In this document: positions 36,834-47,073 of the stretch, one piece after another
Position numbering within the stretch: the first letter of the stretch is position 1
Layout of the letters: every line of letters starts with the position of its first letter
NCBI GenBank assembly: GCA_963675665.1
Contig: OY776510.1
Location: 1,856,001 to 1,920,000, forward strand
DNA: 64,000 nucleotides
Source: Spirochaetia bacterium
GTDB lineage: Bacteria > Spirochaetota > Spirochaetia > UBA9216
Reading direction: 5' to 3'
Program-made: the position numbers and the translations under genes
The notes under the pieces: model-generated
Seen by the model: the letters and a program-made list of their open reading frames with translations, nothing else
The model's database searches: none
What the model was told of the DNA's origin: nothing

Positions 36834-38561
36834 ATGAGCAAACGTAGCAGATTGTTGATCGTTCTTGTGGTTGTGATTGTCTGCGGAGTTTTTTTATGGC
36901 CTACTTATAACTGGTATTTCAATGTACCGCAGGATATGAAAGACCTCTCAGCTGCATCACGAGAACAAATTAGAGAATACTCAGTTACCATGGCTGAGAA
37001 TGATCTTGAAGAACTCCAAACCCTTGCGGTAAAGGAGCCTGACTCAGTTATTTCTGCAAAGTATAAATTTTTAATTGATTATGCAGAAGAGCAGTATAAG
37101 ATAGAGGATAAGGACGCCCCGCCTGAGTGGAGCGTCAAAGATGTTCTGGCTACTTTTAATAACAGGGATAAAGCCCTGCGTACTATCGAGGAGTATTATG
37201 GTGATCTTCTTCTCGGTTACAAGGAAGACAGAGATAATGTCCTTCAGTTAGGTCTTGACCTTTCCGGAGGTATGAGCATTCTGCTGGAAGCAGATATGGA
37301 TAGTCTGGAAAAAAGACTTAATCATCCGCCGACCGCAGATGAACAATCCGCCGCCGTCAGCCAGGCCATAGAAATTCTTAATAACAGAATTGACAAGTTC
37401 GGTGTTACCGAGCCGCAGATCAGAAAGCAGGGCGATACCGAGATTGCAATCGAAATTCCCGGTGCTGCTGACCCCGACAGGGTTAATTCGTTTCTGAGAG
37501 GCAAGGGCAGCCTTAATTTTCATATTGTAAATGATGAAGGAACCGCTGCCTGGAACAGTTACAAGGACTCAAATGCAGGCAAGCTTCTTGATGATAACGG
37601 CAGACCCTTTGATGAAGAAGTTCTTGATGCCGGTCTTGTAGTACGCGGGTTCTATAACAAGGATTCCTACGGTGTGGATCAGTACCTGAGAGACCTGGTT
37701 GTTTATGAAGAACCAGGGCTGGACGGAGTTCATATTGTAAACGCGCAGGTCGGTTCAGACCCGGTTACAGGACGTCCGGTCATTAATTTTACTCTTGACC
37801 GTGAAGGCGGAGAAATATTCTATCAGCTTACATCTGCTCACGTAGGAGAGACTCTTGCGATTGTTCTGGATGATAAAATCAAGGCGGGCGCGAGAATCTC
37901 CGAAGCTATACGCGAAAGTGTAAGAATGTCCGGTTTTGAGAGAACGGAAGCAAACGAACTGGCGCTTGTTTTGCGTACAGCTGCAATGCCCGTTGATCTG
38001 AATGTTGTTAACCAGCAGTCTGTCGGCGCATCATTGGGTGAAGATTCAATCCAGGAAGGGCTTAAATCTATAACAATAGGGTTCCTTCTGGTAATAGTCT
38101 TCATGCTTGTTTATTATAAGGGCGCCGGTCTCGTAGCCGATATTGCGCTGGCACTCAACCTGGTTTTTATTATTTCAATTCTTTCGGTATTTAATCTTAC
38201 CCTTACCCTGACCAGTATTGCGGGTCTCATTTTAACTGTCGGTATGGCCGTGGATGCGAATGTAATTATTTTTGAAAGAATCAAGGAAGAGTACAAGCTG
38301 GGTAAATCGGTTGAAGCTTCAGTGAAAGCAGGTTTCTCAAAAGCGTTCTGGACTGTTATGGACGCTAACCTGACAACCCTTATTGCCGCGCTCTTCCTCT
38401 CACAGATTGGAACAGGTCCGGTTCAGGGATTCGCTTATACTCTTGCCGTAGGTATAGTTTCATCAATGTTCACAGCTCTTTTCGTTTCAAGACTGCTGTT
38501 TGATTTCAGTACCCAGCAGTTGAAAATCAAGAAGCTGAGTATCGGCTGGAGGATTAAATAA
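36834..38561 (+). CDS. secD: Protein translocase subunit SecD
   Basis: LGLDLSGG, RIDKFGVTEP, GMAVDANVIIFERIKEE. Confidence 0.97.
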   Translation: MSKRSRLLIVLVVVIVCGVFLWPTYNWYFNVPQDMKDLSAASREQIREYSVTMAENDLEELQTLAVKEPDSVISAKYKFLIDYAEEQYKIEDKDAPPEWSVKDVLATFNNRDKALRTIEEYYGDLLLGYKEDRDNVLQLGLDLSGGMSILLEADMDSLEKRLNHPPTADEQSAAVSQAIEILNNRIDKFGVTEPQIRKQGDTEIAIEIPGAADPDRVNSFLRGKGSLNFHIVNDEGTAAWNSYKDSNAGKLLDDNGRPFDEEVLDAGLVVRGFYNKDSYGVDQYLRDLVVYEEPGLDGVHIVNAQVGSDPVTGRPVINFTLDREGGEIFYQLTSAHVGETLAIVLDDKIKAGARISEAIRESVRMSGFERTEANELALVLRTAAMPVDLNVVNQQSVGASLGEDSIQEGLKSITIGFLLVIVFMLVYYKGAGLVADIALALNLVFIISILSVFNLTLTLTSIAGLILTVGMAVDANVIIFERIKEEYKLGKSVEASVKAGFSKAFWTVMDANLTTLIAALFLSQIGTGPVQGFAYTLAVGIVSSMFTALFVSRLLFDFSTQQLKIKKLSIGWRIK

Positions 38562-39898
38562 TGAAACGAGTTATTAATTTTACCAAAATCAGGTTTATTA
38601 TGTTCGCAGTTTCGGCAGTGCTGATAATTGCCGGTATAGTGGGCACAATTGCCATGGGCGGATGGAACCTCGGTATCGATTTTCAGTCGGGATTAAGTCA
38701 GAGAATTCAGATAGCTCCTGTAGCAATGGAAGTATCATATATAGGTGATGAAGAGGTTCGTTTTAATATTCTTAACGGTGAAGCCGGCATTGATGTCTTT
38801 ACCAATGACGGAAAAACGGAATCTTATAAATATGTACTTGCCGATTATGAAGATACGGCTGACCTGATGCAGGCAATGATGGAAATTCCATCTCTTACAA
38901 TTAATCTTGTTGCCGGTGATGCTCCGGCGGAAAAACTTCTGTCACTTGCCTTTCTTGTCGATTTAAGCGAGGAAACTGCAATTGTAAATTATACAAATGC
39001 TGGATCGGCGACATATATCGAGATTGATGAAATAAGAGATGTTTTATCAGACGTCGGAGAGCCGCAGATACAGGTTGTAGGCAGTGCTGATGAACAGGAA
39101 TTCCTTGTCAGGCTTGAAGACGACGGTTCAAAGAATTTCAGTGAAACTGTTGCAGCAAAGATTTTAAATCTGCTTGAATCGGAATACGGTAAAGGCGCAG
39201 TGATAGTAAAACAGTCCGATTATGTCGGTCCGCGCTTTTCTTCCGATCTCGGGCGTTCCGTTATTCTTCTTGTAGGACTTGCTCTCGCGTTGATTCTTCT
39301 CTATATCTGGATTAGATTTGAGCTTGCTTTTGCCGTATCCGCCATTATCGCGCTGGCGCACGATGTGGCTTTGCTGTTGGGTTTTATCGGTATTACGCAG
39401 ATGGAGGTTGTTACTGCAACCGTTGCTGCAGTGCTGACAATTGTAGGTTATTCACTTAATGATACTATCGTTGTATTCGACAGAATCAGGGAAAACCGTT
39501 CGCTCATGAGGGATTCTGATCTTAAAACCATTATCAATACGAGTATAACCCAGTCTCTCAGCCGAACCCTGATAACATCAATCACTACATTGCTTGCTGT
39601 TCTGGCTATTTATATTTTTGCAACCGGACAGATTAGGGATTTTGCTCTTGCAATGATAGTAGGTGTTGTTATAGGTACGTACTCTTCTATCTTCATTGCT
39701 TCTCCGGTTCTTCTTGGATGGATTAATACAAGAAGAAGCAGAAAGCTGTCAAAGGACAATTTAAAGTACGGGAAACCGGCTGCTGTAAAGAAAATTGAAG
39801 AAAAAGTTGAGGAAAAAAACGAAGAAGAACGTTCAGCCAAGATCGTTGAAATACCTTCAGCTGAAAGAAAGAAAAAAGGCAAAAGAAAGAAAAAATAA
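38561..39898 (+). CDS. secF: Protein translocase subunit SecF
   Basis: LGIDFQSG, VGP, GYSLNDTIVVFDRIREN, GTYSSIFIASP. Confidence 0.97.
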   Translation: MKRVINFTKIRFIMFAVSAVLIIAGIVGTIAMGGWNLGIDFQSGLSQRIQIAPVAMEVSYIGDEEVRFNILNGEAGIDVFTNDGKTESYKYVLADYEDTADLMQAMMEIPSLTINLVAGDAPAEKLLSLAFLVDLSEETAIVNYTNAGSATYIEIDEIRDVLSDVGEPQIQVVGSADEQEFLVRLEDDGSKNFSETVAAKILNLLESEYGKGAVIVKQSDYVGPRFSSDLGRSVILLVGLALALILLYIWIRFELAFAVSAIIALAHDVALLLGFIGITQMEVVTATVAAVLTIVGYSLNDTIVVFDRIRENRSLMRDSDLKTIINTSITQSLSRTLITSITTLLAVLAIYIFATGQIRDFALAMIVGVVIGTYSSIFIASPVLLGWINTRRSRKLSKDNLKYGKPAAVKKIEEKVEEKNEEERSAKIVEIPSAERKKKGKRKKK

Positions 39899-39919
39899 TT
39901 AATACGATAATTAATTTTC

Positions 39920-39953
39920 AGCCTGTCGGGGTAATACTCTGACAGGCTTTTTT
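39920..39953 (+). terminator. Rho-independent terminator after secF
   Basis: agcctgtcggggt-aat-actctgacaggct followed by a T run. Confidence 0.8.
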
Positions 39954-40077
39954 CTGCTCCTTTTGAAATCATGTCTTATATGCCCAATGTTACGGTAACA
40001 TCTGATATGTAACTCTCCATAATATCCATTCCGGTTTAATATTATATGATATTTCATATATTGAAGAGGAGAATTGA

Positions 40078-41562
40078 ATGAGTGTAGACATGAAGGAAAA
40101 GACCGGTATGGGTACCAGTAAGCGTATTCTAATCGGTCTTGGGCTTGTGGTTATCATTGTATTGGCACTGGTAATGTTCACGCCCGAAACACAGGAAGGT
40201 GATTACGGTGTAATCTCCGTTATTCCGGCGGTATTTCTATTGATTTATATCTTCTGGACAAAGCGAATTCTTGAATCGTTGATCTTTGCTACTGTGCTGG
40301 GCCTTGTCATTGTTCACAAGGGCGGATTTTTCAGCGCCTTCATGGACAGCCTGCTTGGCATCGGAATGGAAGAAGATACTGTCTGGTTGTTTGTTGTTTG
40401 CGGTTTGATGGGAAGCATCATTGCTCTCATTGAGATTTCCGGCGGTGCGCATGCGTTTGGAGACTGGGTTTCTAAACGTGCAAAAACACGAAAAAGCACG
40501 CTGATGTGGACATGGGTTTTAGGTGTTGCCATTTTTATAGACGATTACCTGAATTCTCTTACTGTCGGTTCATGTATGGCTCCGGTAACTGATAAACACA
40601 AGGTTTCACGGGAGTTTCTTTCCTACATAGTTGACAGTACTGCAGCACCGGCTTGTGTTATTGTTCCAATCACGACATGGGCTGTTTTCGCCGGAGGCTT
40701 GCTTGAGATTAACGGTTGGGCTCCGGATGGTGAAGGGCTTGCCTATTTTATTAAAACTATTCCGTTTAATTTCTACGGCTGGATTGCCCTGATTGTTGTG
40801 CCCCTGGTTATTCTGGGTATCATACCGGTATTCGGACCCATGAAAAAGGCTGAAAAGAGAGCGCAGGAAACAGGTGTGCTTGCTCCTGAAGGTTCTGAGA
40901 AAATCGACATCTCTTCCGGTATCGAAAACATCAAGCTTCCGAGCAATGCCAGGATTATAAACTTCTTCCTCCCGATTATCGTTCTCCTTGTTGCTACAAT
41001 AGCCACCGGAACGGACATGATGATGGGTGTAGTTATCACGCTTGCGTTTATGGCCCTTCTCTATATTCCCCAGAAACTGCTTACAGCAGAAGAATTTGCA
41101 AACGAGTCGGTCAGAGGATTCAAGAACATGCTTTATCCCCTGTTTCTGATGTACCTTGCATTCATGTTTGCCGATATGAATACCCAGATTGGTTTCACAA
41201 AATTCATGATTGAAACAGGAACCCCGCTGATGTCTCCGCAGACACTGCCGTTGGTTCTTTTTGTACTTCTTTCCATTCAGCAGTTCATAACCGGAACAAA
41301 CTGGGGTATGTACATTATTGCACTTCCGATAGTTATTCCTCTGGCAATGAATGTAGGGGCGAATATGCCTCTTGCTGTTGGCGCAGTTCTTTCTGCCGGC
41401 GTATTCGGCAGCCATATATGTTTCTATTCAGATGCTACGGTTCTTACTTCTGCTGCATGCGGGTGTGACAATTTCAGACACGCATGGACCCAGATGCCGT
41501 TCGGTCTTCTTGCTGCCGGCATTTCTGCTGTTGCTTTCGCAATTGCCGGATTTGTTGTCTAA
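40078..41562 (+). CDS. NhaC-family transporter, paralog of 24722..26092
   Basis: FIDDYLN, YIVDSTAAP, TGTNWG, SHICFYSDATVLTS..GCDN. Confidence 0.88.
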   Translation: MSVDMKEKTGMGTSKRILIGLGLVVIIVLALVMFTPETQEGDYGVISVIPAVFLLIYIFWTKRILESLIFATVLGLVIVHKGGFFSAFMDSLLGIGMEEDTVWLFVVCGLMGSIIALIEISGGAHAFGDWVSKRAKTRKSTLMWTWVLGVAIFIDDYLNSLTVGSCMAPVTDKHKVSREFLSYIVDSTAAPACVIVPITTWAVFAGGLLEINGWAPDGEGLAYFIKTIPFNFYGWIALIVVPLVILGIIPVFGPMKKAEKRAQETGVLAPEGSEKIDISSGIENIKLPSNARIINFFLPIIVLLVATIATGTDMMMGVVITLAFMALLYIPQKLLTAEEFANESVRGFKNMLYPLFLMYLAFMFADMNTQIGFTKFMIETGTPLMSPQTLPLVLFVLLSIQQFITGTNWGMYIIALPIVIPLAMNVGANMPLAVGAVLSAGVFGSHICFYSDATVLTSAACGCDNFRHAWTQMPFGLLAAGISAVAFAIAGFVV

Positions 41563-41581
41563 GTTAAATTATATGATCTTC

Positions 41582-41611
41582 ATACCGTCTCTGATTTTTC
41601 AGAGACGGTAT
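41582..41611. terminator. Hairpin between convergent genes
   Basis: ataccgtctctga-tttt-tcagagacggtat. Confidence 0.75.
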
Positions 41612-41612
41612 A

Positions 41613-43145
41613 TCAGTTTCTTTCCAGCCCTGCGATTTCCAGGCCGGACAGGATAAGTTCGACCAGCTCCGTTTCTTTAACATAATTGGTTAAGAAAAAA
41701 CGTACGCCTTTATTAACTGCCGGACATTGTCTTACCAATTCGTCCCGGTATGCCCGGGCTTCAGCTATATTTCCCAACAGTCCGAGAGCCGCCGCAGTAT
41801 AGATGTAATGCCAGAGAACATCCCCCTGATTAAAACGCCTCGCCTTATCAATTACCTCTTCGTAATCCATCTGTCTGAGATGATACTGACAGGTTAAATG
41901 ATTAAACCATCCCGGGTAGTCGGGAATAAGAGAAAGTGTATTTTCCAGAATGGTTCGTCCTGTTTCCCATCCGCCCCCAAGGGAATAAAGAAGAGCTCCC
42001 GTAGCCATGGAAAAGGCCGAGACGTTTCTGGATCTGAAAAGCCTTTCGGTAAGTGATCCGAGAGCCTCGGAATCATTTTCATGAAAAGCCTTCCTGATTC
42101 CGCAGACAAGTGCGTCCTCACCTGCCGGATCCAGCTCCTGGGCTTCCGCGGCAAGTTTCAAAGCCTTCTCCCTGTAGAATTTAAAGGATTCATCATGATT
42201 TACCATTGCGTTCCAGTCTACATCCATACAGAAATCCCAATATGTCTGGGATAGAAAAGCCCTTAGATCTCCCCGGTTTTCGTGTTTGTTTATCATCCTC
42301 TCAAGGGCTATCCTCAGACGTCCGGCAATTCCGGGCTCCATAAGTTTCTTGTGAAGAACAAAGAGTATGCGGATACCGAGAATATCATCAGGAATCTCTT
42401 CGGATGTCTGCATCTCTTCGCCGAGAAGATCATAGAGAACTCCTCCCCGTCCCGTTACAACAGCCGATACCTGCGCAGCAACAGCCTCCGCCATTTTAAT
42501 CGGAAACCGCCCCGGGCTTTTCAGCGGAAAACTCTCGGTCCAGACTATGGCTCCGGAATCAGTTCTGAGCAGATCGCAGTACAGGATAAAACTTCCCCTG
42601 CGCTTGTAAATCTTGCCTGTAAGCTGGAAATCGGATGCAGCTTCTCCCTCACCCAGAAGTGAAAAATCTTCCGAATTGCCTATGGCCTTTTTAAATTCCT
42701 GAAAAAGCAACTCTGAAAAAAGTGTCGACTCTTTGGAAGAGAGCGATTCGAACGGTTTGACGGAAAGTGATGGCTGTTTTGTCCCGGTTTCGGAGCCCGG
42801 TAACCGCGAGGCACGCAGTCGGAATCTGGGAATGTATCCTCCCTTGGGAATGGATATTTCGACGCCGACGCCCTTTTTGGCAAGGTAGTACTGTTCCAGA
42901 CGCTTGCGTAATCTTCCCGCTTCAATGCGGACGGAAGGATCCGCCTGGGGAAGAAAATCGTTCCCTTTCTGAAAAACTTCTATCCCGATTGTGTATTCTT
43001 TCAGCCGGTCGTCCCGTCCTGCAAGTGTTTCTTCTACAATGTACTTAAGGAAGGCACTGGACCTGCAGGCGCTCTGAAAAAGACGATCGCCTAGAATACT
43101 GTCGAGTTCTTCCCTGATAGAGGCCGGTGACGGGTTTTCCTGCAT
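41613..43145 (-). CDS. Putative regulator: N-terminal wHTH-like domain, TolB-N-like domain, TPR-like C-terminus
   Basis: FLKYIVEETLAGR..LKEYTIGIEVF..DPSVRIEAGRLRKRLEQYY..IPKGGYIP; PSLSVKPF; AQELDP helical repeats. Confidence 0.7.
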   Translation of the reverse strand: MQENPSPASIREELDSILGDRLFQSACRSSAFLKYIVEETLAGRDDRLKEYTIGIEVFQKGNDFLPQADPSVRIEAGRLRKRLEQYYLAKKGVGVEISIPKGGYIPRFRLRASRLPGSETGTKQPSLSVKPFESLSSKESTLFSELLFQEFKKAIGNSEDFSLLGEGEAASDFQLTGKIYKRRGSFILYCDLLRTDSGAIVWTESFPLKSPGRFPIKMAEAVAAQVSAVVTGRGGVLYDLLGEEMQTSEEIPDDILGIRILFVLHKKLMEPGIAGRLRIALERMINKHENRGDLRAFLSQTYWDFCMDVDWNAMVNHDESFKFYREKALKLAAEAQELDPAGEDALVCGIRKAFHENDSEALGSLTERLFRSRNVSAFSMATGALLYSLGGGWETGRTILENTLSLIPDYPGWFNHLTCQYHLRQMDYEEVIDKARRFNQGDVLWHYIYTAAALGLLGNIAEARAYRDELVRQCPAVNKGVRFFLTNYVKETELVELILSGLEIAGLERN

Positions 43146-43151
43146 AGAGCA

Positions 43152-44756
43152 CTACTCCGGAGGCATTTCGTTAAATGTTTTACTCAGATCCAGTCCGCGT
43201 CGGGACTGAATTCTTTTCCATATAAGATACCATAAGCCTCCGGAAATCCAAACAACAATATTTATTATAATCCACCATGAATGAAGTTCCTTGAATTCCT
43301 CATTAATAAAAAAGCCGGTTAAAAGCAGCCCTGTTAACAGTAATGAGGCAGCACCTGCAATAGTGGCAATCGGAATTTTACCCAGTCGCCAGAAACGATA
43401 TGGAGAAAGATTCCAAATTGGTTTAACTTTTTTGCTGAAGGGTATAATCATGGCTGCAATGGCGGTAAAAGAAAATACGGATAAAAGCTGCATAATTCCT
43501 ACCGAATAAGAATATCTTATTTCAGAGTATTTACCGAAAAACAGCAGACCCAGCTGGCTGATGACAAGCATAGTCAGCAGGAGAAAAACAGGTTCTCCGT
43601 TACTGTGCCGGTTAATTGTAAACCATTTAGGTCCGACACCATCTTTCCCCCATGCCATCGCAGCCCGGCTCCACGCAATATATGAGAAGACTATCCACAG
43701 CCAGTTTGACGCCAGAAAAGCAAAACCAAGCAGGATTCCGACTCCCCGCTGAAAACCGCTCAGAAGAGCGGCAATATTTATATAGTGAAGCCTGAAAGGA
43801 ACATTTACGCTGTCTCCGCCCTTTTCGGCCAGCCAGGCAACGGCGTGCATCCCCTCCCATCCGAGCATCCTGCTGTATTCCAGCACAATCCAGAGCATAA
43901 AAAAGCCTGATATCAGGGTTGTAAGAACCTGTGAATGAAGAATATTAACCCGTGGTTTTTTTATCTCTCCTGCGATAAAGATAACTACGTATCCGTAAAT
44001 CATTCCCCAGCTGACCGGCAGCATAAGGCCAAGGGTGTTTTTCCAGTTCCAGCTGTCGGGAATGCCTCCCATTTCCGTTGCTGCAAGCTCAATCATTTCA
44101 TTAAAACGCAATCCTGCGCTGCCGGATACAAAGCCGTCCCACAGGTTGATAAAATCCTGATGACTTGTCCGTGAAAAGAGTATGCCGACCGCCATGACTG
44201 CAATCAGTGAAATGCCTACCAGGACCCGCTGTATTTTAAAGAAACTTCCCATTCCCGTCATTGCAACAAGGAAGGCTGATACATTTACAAGTGTTGTACC
44301 CAGATAAAGACCCCATCCGCTGTTAAAGAAGGCGAGGGCGGACTCTTCGGTTCCTGTTATTCCGACCAGCAGCGGAACCCCGACTTGCCAGAACCACGGG
44401 GCAAGAACGCAAATCCAGGCCAGCATTATAAATGCCCCGTTCCAGAAACTGATAATCATCCCCAGCATCGGGTGAAATATTCTTGAGTTATATACGTAGG
44501 AACCGCCGCTTCGGGGCATGGTTCCGCCGAGAATTCCCCAGACAAGCGCATAACCGAATAATATAAGGATGAAGGTCAGTATATTGGCTGCAAGTATATT
44601 ACCGCCCGGCGACCAGGCAAACCCTGATAAAGTCATCCAGATGGATACGGGCAGGGCGTTATTCATAAGCCCGAAAAGAGTGGCATCCAGGAGGCCTCCG
44701 GTACGTTTTAAACCGGGCCCTTTCGGGGTTAAGTTTTCCAGTCTCGATAATTCCAT
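43152..44756 (-). CDS. APC-family amino acid/polyamine permease
   Basis: MPRSGGSYVYNSR, AGEIK, SRAAMAWGKDG; about 12 TM. Confidence 0.85.
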   Translation of the reverse strand: MELSRLENLTPKGPGLKRTGGLLDATLFGLMNNALPVSIWMTLSGFAWSPGGNILAANILTFILILFGYALVWGILGGTMPRSGGSYVYNSRIFHPMLGMIISFWNGAFIMLAWICVLAPWFWQVGVPLLVGITGTEESALAFFNSGWGLYLGTTLVNVSAFLVAMTGMGSFFKIQRVLVGISLIAVMAVGILFSRTSHQDFINLWDGFVSGSAGLRFNEMIELAATEMGGIPDSWNWKNTLGLMLPVSWGMIYGYVVIFIAGEIKKPRVNILHSQVLTTLISGFFMLWIVLEYSRMLGWEGMHAVAWLAEKGGDSVNVPFRLHYINIAALLSGFQRGVGILLGFAFLASNWLWIVFSYIAWSRAAMAWGKDGVGPKWFTINRHSNGEPVFLLLTMLVISQLGLLFFGKYSEIRYSYSVGIMQLLSVFSFTAIAAMIIPFSKKVKPIWNLSPYRFWRLGKIPIATIAGAASLLLTGLLLTGFFINEEFKELHSWWIIINIVVWISGGLWYLIWKRIQSRRGLDLSKTFNEMPPE

Positions 44757-44804
44757 CTGCTTCCCTTTTAAGGGAGCATAGCATACATAACGCCTGAATG
44801 GAAG

Positions 44805-45419
44805 TTATTTAAAGACAGCGGATCTTTTATCAATAAGGATAAGCATGGCCCCCACAGCTATAAAAGCTGCAATAACAATTACAAGCTGGATGATAAAGCT
44901 GATAAAGGGTTGGTTTAAAAAATCAAGAAAAGGGTAGCGGAACTGCCCGGTTATTGCTCCTTCAGCAAGGCTTTCAACAAGATAGGCGGCAGGATATATT
45001 AACCAGAGTTTTAAATGGTTCCAGCTAATGAAACCCCTCCGGCGATTAATCAGGTAGTCTGTGATAAAAAGCAGCGGGGTAACCGTATGCGTTATAATCA
45101 TGCTCAATGCATCAATTCCGGTAAATTCCATGAAAGGTGCAAGCAGGCTGTTATAGACAAGGCAGGTTATCAGGATGTAGAGGGTTAAAGCTCCGTGGAT
45201 AGCCGGGTGGAACCGTCCGGATTTCGGCAGAGAAGTCCCGCTCTGAAACAGATTGAATACTTCCGAAATCAGAAATCCTGATACAAGCAGATTGCTCTGC
45301 ATGGTGAAATAGGTCAGGATGTACAGGTTTGCTCCGCTTCTGAATGAGGTGATTATGATAAGAGCGGAGCCTGCGACGGCGCTCAGGGTTGTAGTCAGCC
45401 TGATAATCTTCCCCAACAT
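44805..45419 (-). CDS. Pr6Pr/FAR-17a-like membrane protein
   Basis: YFTMQSNLLV, LVYNSLL, HTVTP, WLIYP, YPFLD. Confidence 0.85.
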   Translation of the reverse strand: MLGKIIRLTTTLSAVAGSALIIITSFRSGANLYILTYFTMQSNLLVSGFLISEVFNLFQSGTSLPKSGRFHPAIHGALTLYILITCLVYNSLLAPFMEFTGIDALSMIITHTVTPLLFITDYLINRRRGFISWNHLKLWLIYPAAYLVESLAEGAITGQFRYPFLDFLNQPFISFIIQLVIVIAAFIAVGAMLILIDKRSAVFK

Positions 45420-45424
45420 GTTCT

Positions 45425-46996
45425 TTAATCCCTTAAATCATCCGACAGCGCATCAAGATTTGCAAGAGCGTTTTCAAAGTCCGGATAGGTTTCTCTTGCC
45501 GCGCCGATTGTCAGGCCGGTTTCCACATCAACAAGCTTGCAGTCGAGACTGACTGCGTCTTCCAGCTTTCCGAGTGTGACGAATACGATAGCTTCAGCTG
45601 CGACCAGGCGGCCTATCTCAAGCTGCCGTGTATCATCGGTTACCGCTTCCATTGAAAACCTTATTTCGGCTAATAGTCTTTTAACCTGTTCCCTGTCGAT
45701 TACATCATAGAATCCGGAGTTCAGAAGCTCGGTTGATAAAGACTCCTGAAGGACCGGGCCGTAATGCGCAGGAATTCCGGGGGAGAGTACAGGGTTGTTA
45801 ACTGTGACGGTAAGCGCATCCGTTGGAGACTTTTCAGCCAGTGATTTCCAGACATCCTTTCTCTCCGCCTTGAATTTTACTGATGCCTCATCAAGATTTC
45901 CGGCGATTATAGCTTCTTTAAGTTCCCTGATTGTTTCTGTCTGGCTGCCGAGTACAGGCGTGTTGTAGGGATTTATTGATAAATCGGCGCAGTCTTCAGC
46001 CAGTCCTACTGTCTGCATTGTTTTCGGAAGGCTTCCGGTTGTCAGGTATTCCTTGCAAACGAGGTAAATCCCGTTGCCCCACTTTTTCTGTGTCGAGGTG
46101 AGAATGTGCTTATAGGGCTGATCTTTCAGCGCCGCTTCAAGCCCCTGGTCAAAATTGCACCCGATTAACCAGCCGTTGACCTCGCGGGCTGCATCCAGAA
46201 TACCCTTTTCCGCTATTCCGGCGGCTTGGTAGATGCATTTAACTCCGTTTTTATATAATCCTGTTGCAAGCCGGTAGGTTTCCCTGTTGTCGTTAAAATC
46301 ATCAGGGTATTTAACGATCACGTCGGTGTATGTTCCCTGTAGATAATCCATATATTCGACGCCCTCTATAAATGGATCGATATAGCCTGTATTTATGAAT
46401 TCCTGATCAAGATCACCAATGACGCCTAATGTTTCTCCCGCAAAACGTTCCGCTGCTACCGCCCCTGCAATGAAAGCGGCTTCTCCGACCTCAAATTTCA
46501 CCTCAAGTATGTTCGGTATTGAAAAGGACGATACAATATCCAGTACAATAAACTGCTTAATACCCTGCTCGTTTAAATAGTAGAAGGGAAGGCCGTATTG
46601 ATAACCGGCCCCGATTACCAGATCAAAAGCCTGAAGTCCGAAGCCGGCAATCTCCGAGGTTATCTTCTGAGCAGCTTCATAATCCGAGCCTCCGTCGGTT
46701 CGGAAAATTCTGAACGTCACTTCTTCACCGAATTCTACGGTCTCATGGGCGCCCTCAATTACTCCGTTGAACTCATGCGCCAGCCTGTTTATACCGACCA
46801 TAACGTCTTTTGATACGGGGTCATCCGGGTTGTCTTTATTCGGAAGTAAAACCGCGATTCGCGGCACAGTATTCTGGGACTTGACATCTCCGGAAACGGT
46901 TTTTCCAACGGATGGGCGGGGAGTTGTATCGATCAGTGAAAAACAGGAGGTCATCAGCAGAAAGGCTGAAACTGACAATACAACAATTTTTTTCAT
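45425..46996 (-). CDS. BMP-family substrate-binding lipoprotein fused to a C-terminal CsgG-like domain
   Basis: Lipobox LMTSC; EAAFIAGAVAA, IYQAAG, ILTS BMP motifs; C-terminal YDVIDREQVKRLLAEIRFS..QLEIGRLVAA..KLVDVETG. Confidence 0.78.
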   Translation of the reverse strand: MKKIVVLSVSAFLLMTSCFSLIDTTPRPSVGKTVSGDVKSQNTVPRIAVLLPNKDNPDDPVSKDVMVGINRLAHEFNGVIEGAHETVEFGEEVTFRIFRTDGGSDYEAAQKITSEIAGFGLQAFDLVIGAGYQYGLPFYYLNEQGIKQFIVLDIVSSFSIPNILEVKFEVGEAAFIAGAVAAERFAGETLGVIGDLDQEFINTGYIDPFIEGVEYMDYLQGTYTDVIVKYPDDFNDNRETYRLATGLYKNGVKCIYQAAGIAEKGILDAAREVNGWLIGCNFDQGLEAALKDQPYKHILTSTQKKWGNGIYLVCKEYLTTGSLPKTMQTVGLAEDCADLSINPYNTPVLGSQTETIRELKEAIIAGNLDEASVKFKAERKDVWKSLAEKSPTDALTVTVNNPVLSPGIPAHYGPVLQESLSTELLNSGFYDVIDREQVKRLLAEIRFSMEAVTDDTRQLEIGRLVAAEAIVFVTLGKLEDAVSLDCKLVDVETGLTIGAARETYPDFENALANLDALSDDLRD

Positions 46997-47073
46997 TATT
47001 ATATGATAAACCATGATCCGGTCCGTGTAAAATAAAAGGCCGGTTTTTGTTGTGTCTGATGATGTGCCGCCTG

